The notes beneath the pieces are model-generated. The model was not told where the DNA came from and did not search any database. It saw only the letters and a program-made list of their open reading frames with translations. A DNA stretch of 64,000 bases from the human T2T-CHM13v2.0 reference genome, Homo sapiens. Below are positions 59,335 to 64,000 of this stretch, piece by piece (positions within the stretch are counted from its first letter, which is position 1; each line of letters opens with the position of its first letter). The DNA is taken from NCBI RefSeq assembly GCF_009914755.1, contig NC_060931.1. One strand, given 5' to 3'. The translations under genes and the position numbers were made by a program.

Positions 59335-60278
59335 TTTGAAGGTTAATTTTAATGTATCAATTAAGTCGGCCACAAGGTGCCCAATATTTGGTTAAACGTT
59401 ATTCTGGGTGTCTCTGCGAGGGTGTTGCTGGATGAAATTAACATTTGAATTGGTATACTGAATAAAGCAGACTGCCCTCCCCTCTGTGGGTGAGCCTTAT
59501 CCAATCCATTAAATCCTTTGAAGGCCTCAATAAAACAAAAAGGCAGAGTAACAGAGAATTCACTCTCTACCTGTCTTTGAGCTGGGACATTAGTCTTCTC
59601 TGGACTTCAGAACTGGCGCAAACTGGGACTGACACTCTTGGCTCTTCTTGGTTCTCAAGCCTTCAGATTCAGGTTGGAACTATACCACTCGCTCTTCTGC
59701 TTCTCCAGCTGGCCAACTGCAGATCCTGGGGTTTCTCAGCCTCTGTAACCATGTGAGCCAGTTGATTACAGATGCTCCTCAACTTTTGATGAGGTTACAG
59801 TCTCATAAACCAATAGTAAGTTAAAAATGTTATAAGATGACAATGGGTGTTTTGTAGACATAATAGAATGCAAAAACACAAAATACAATATCAAAAAATG
59901 CTGGCAACACAGCACATTTCAGAGTATTGGTTGTTTACCGCTCCCCAGAATTGAGAGAGAATATTGTATCACATATCACTAGACCTGGAAAAGATCAAAA
60001 TTCACAATTTGAAGTATGGTTCCTATTGAATGTGAATCACTTTTGCACCATAGTAAAGTCAAAAAATTGTACGTCAAACTAGGTTTAAGTCAGGGACCAT
60101 CTGAATAATAAATATTTCTCTTTCTCCTCTCTGTGTATATGTGTGTATATGTATGTGTATATACATATATATGTGTGTGTACACATACACATATATTTAC
60201 CTACTTACACACATACATATACACGTATACCCATTTATCTTGTATTAATTCTGTTTATCTAGAGAACTCAGACTAATG
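59335..60278 (+). mobile_element. MLT2D-like LTR interrupted by MER47, with internal (TA/TG)n tract at 60132-60230
   Basis: GGTTAATTTTAATGTATCAA...GGTGCCCAATATTTGGTTAAAC...TAAAGCAGACTGCCCTCC. Ends TTCTGTTTATCTAGAGAACTCAGACTAAT. Confidence 0.85.
59769..60103 (+). mobile_element. MER47 (Tigger-family MITE, MER47B-like)
   Basis: Terminal inverted repeats CAGATGCTCCTCAACTT / AAGTCAGGGACCATCTG, with TA on the left. Confidence 0.85.
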
Positions 60279-61643
60279 GAGTATTTTATGTCTGCAAAAG
60301 CCTCTTTTTGCTACCATCTACAATACAAATGCAATATAAAAGAAATATGGAGAAATAGTGAGAGTTGGATATATCTAGAAAAATTTTAAAACAGTAAGTA
60401 CCAGGTTTTTTTTTTTTTTTTGCATTTTCTGAAGAATGAGGCTTCTGTGTTGGGTTGAAAAGTTGGCGTTTCCAATTTTTAACATAGGAATTATTAAAAA
60501 GATGCATGTAAGCCATTCTATATTAACTTTTTAAGGGTACATGTTAAAAAGTAGAATTTGTTTTCTCTTACTTAAATTGTTTAAAACTATCATAAAATAA
60601 TATGGAAAAATAAAATTCAAAAAGAGAAGGCAGTGAAACACAAATTTAAAAGTAATGAAATGAAGATGCAATTTAAAAGAACATTGAAAATGTAAATGTC
60701 CAGTCCCTTACCCAGCCTCCCAGAAATAACTGCAGTAGTGGACCCTGTCAGTGACACTCCAAGATTCCTTTTCTGAGCCAGTATACCCATATTTTAGATG
60801 CTGTGAGTGTGAGTATTGGCTGCTAAAGTTTTACAACAAATGCTTAATGGGTCAAAAAGCACATGTGAGGATTCTGTCAATTGCTAAGTGCTTTTATTCA
60901 AATGACTTGCAGAACTGGATAAACAAAACAAACACAAAAAATTAAGTTGAATTTGTGGACCCACTGGTCCCACTTTGAGATGATCTGGAGCCATACCTCT
61001 GTTGATCATCTAATTTCCATAAGCCCCCGCTCAGTCATGGGCCAGAGTTGAGTTTGGTGTTCCTGAAATTAGGGTCAGTTCACAATCAGTGCCTGGGAAA
61101 GTTCTGTTTATTACCCCTTCCCAGATTCTCAGTCACCCTCAAAAACAACCACAAGCTCTTTGAAGAAGAAAGAAGATTTATAGTACACGATTTTGGCAGT
61201 TAACCCCTTAAGTTCTTCCTGAAGGAGTCCTGGCCTCCCATACATTCCAAGAGTTCTGAGTCTGTGAACTGGATCAAGTATGGGAATTGTTGGAGGGATC
61301 ATAACTGTCTGTTTTGATAATTCAAGTCAGATACCTACTAACAAGATTCAGAGCTTTTTGGAATATGTACACTAAATTAGAATTTTGTAGACTATGTATT
61401 TCAGTTATAGGTAGACCATGATTTATTAGCCAATGGCAAAGACCATGCAGTTCAAATCATTCTAGTTACTGCATTGACTGTGATGTCTTTTACAAGAACG
61501 ACATCCACATTTCCCCTGGTGATTAAGTAACACTCAGTTTGTGCAATCCCAGCTACACATCATCTAACTTGAATTTAGGGAGCCCTGTTCAATGGCCTTC
61601 CGGTTGTATTCTTAGCCTCCACAGAGCTCTTCAAGAATTTCTG

Positions 61644-62077
<434 letters not shown>

Positions 62078-62778
62078 CTACTCTAGGATCCCAGTCTCCA
62101 TAGTCTTTTGTAGACTTTCTTCTAGAGTGTACCAAGGAAGTTCTACAACTTCAGTTTCATTTGTTGTAGACCAACCAGGCAAACTGGTAGAGCCACTCCC
62201 ATTGCTTGAGCTAATACATTGATCCAGACTATGTTTTTGGCCTCCCTGCTGCCTTACACTTCAGCAAATTCTTCACAAATTAAGCTTTCTATTGGGTCTC
62301 CTCAACTATTAACTTTAATTATTACCTCTCCATGAAACTGCTTATAGCTTTGCTAAGTTTTTCTTTTACCTTGAAGAGGTCCTTTGGTTGTGACACACCT
62401 GTACCCAAAGCCTAGCCTCAAAATCACCAAATGCTACCAAAGGAAATAAGATGCTTATTGTTAGCTCATGTCTGAATGGTGATCCTATCTCTGGACTATT
62501 AGCTCATCAAGACTTCTTTTCCTGCACAGCTTTCTGATACATTTAAAAATTATGAACTTTATACCACAAATTTTGGTCTTGCTTAAACTTATTCCATCTT
62601 ACTCAGAAGCAGTGCTCCCCATTTGGTTATACCAATTAAGAATTGTGTATATTTAGTTGGAACTCCTTGATTCCTTGATGTTTTAGAGTTGAGAAGAGAG
62701 TTGGTTATTGTTGAAATCTTGAAAACCCAGAATACAAGCCTCTTTATTTCGGGACACTACATTCTCTAGTTAACCTGA

Positions 62779-63211
<433 letters not shown>

Positions 63212-63468
63212 AACTTGTCTTGTTTTATTACAAATGTATTGATATATCTTGTCTACTAATACTCAGTTGCCATTCTGTACATTGTTGAAGGTTTATTTGT
63301 AATAAATGTCTTTGAAGGTAAATAATGGATGTGATCAGTCTACCACTGTATCTAGATATATTCTCACAGACATTATAAAATAATTTATATAATTTTTAAA
63401 ATTAGAATAAACTGCTCTGATATTAAGTTTTTAAGTGAATATTTAATGCTTCTTGACATTGAAAAGTA

Positions 63469-63925
63469 TGTTGTGGAAATAAAGACCACCAAATGAAAAC
63501 AAATGAAGACTAATTATTCAGAGCTTTCTATCATAAGGGAATCAGCCACCATCACTTGGACTTGTCAGAGACTCAAGGGATTTACCAGACAGGGAAGCTT
63601 TGTAGTGAAGAAGAAAAAAAAAACAAAAAAAGCTTTAGATATGCTCTGATTGGAGATTGTTGGCATGGGGAAGCTGGAAGTGGATTAACTAGAAGTGGGG
63701 CATCCTGTCACTTGGTATAGGGAGTGTATTTGACTTTCACTTGTTTATCCTGAGTTGGGAGCAGGGGAAAAATTTAGGGAAGCTGACAGTCATTGAAGAA
63801 AAGCTGTTCACTCTGGGATGAGTGCTGCAGAGGTCTGGTTCGCCACAGGTTGGCTCAGATTATGGGTCAAAGTTTTATTGTCATTTATGCCCTGGCTATT
63901 GCCCATTGTACATTCAATTTCTCCA
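63469..63925 (-). mobile_element. Old ERV1-like LTR (MER90/MER110-like, family uncertain)
   Basis: TGTTGTGGAAA terminus, CTGATTGG (reverse CCAAT) and a GC step relative to the flank. Confidence 0.45.
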
Positions 63926-64000
63926 TATACAAAGAGTAAGATGTTTTTTCAGTAAAAATTTGGTCAAAATATTTCTTTCAAAGCTTATATCAACAAGTAG

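Overview
AT-rich, gene-poor primate genomic DNA (hominoid, most likely human, judged from AluY and LTR12C). It looks intergenic or deep-intronic. I see no spliced protein-coding exon, RNA gene or CRISPR array. The only gene-derived sequence is a processed HMGN2 retrocopy (8365-9552, +) with UTRs, A-tail and TSD, whose ORF is still open but diverged. The rest is layered transposon debris: a CpG-rich solo LTR12C with exact TSD, a ~5 kb L1PA13-15-like element with an internal ORF2 deletion and a nested solo LTR, a two-LTR MST/THE1-type MaLR inside an MLT1 LTR, MER41A, THE1C, MLT1/MLT2 LTRs, eight Alus, several DNA-transposon MITEs and microsatellites. Almost all ORFs in the supplied track are repeat-derived or chance. 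I found no convincing novel biological system. The best leads are the open HMGN2 retro-ORF, the LTR12C promoter with local duplications, a candidate orphan retrotransposed poly(A) fragment at ~14.7-14.9 kb and a very young AluY. Repeat subfamily names come from my recall of consensus sequences, not from a database search. Boundaries of old repeats are approximate.
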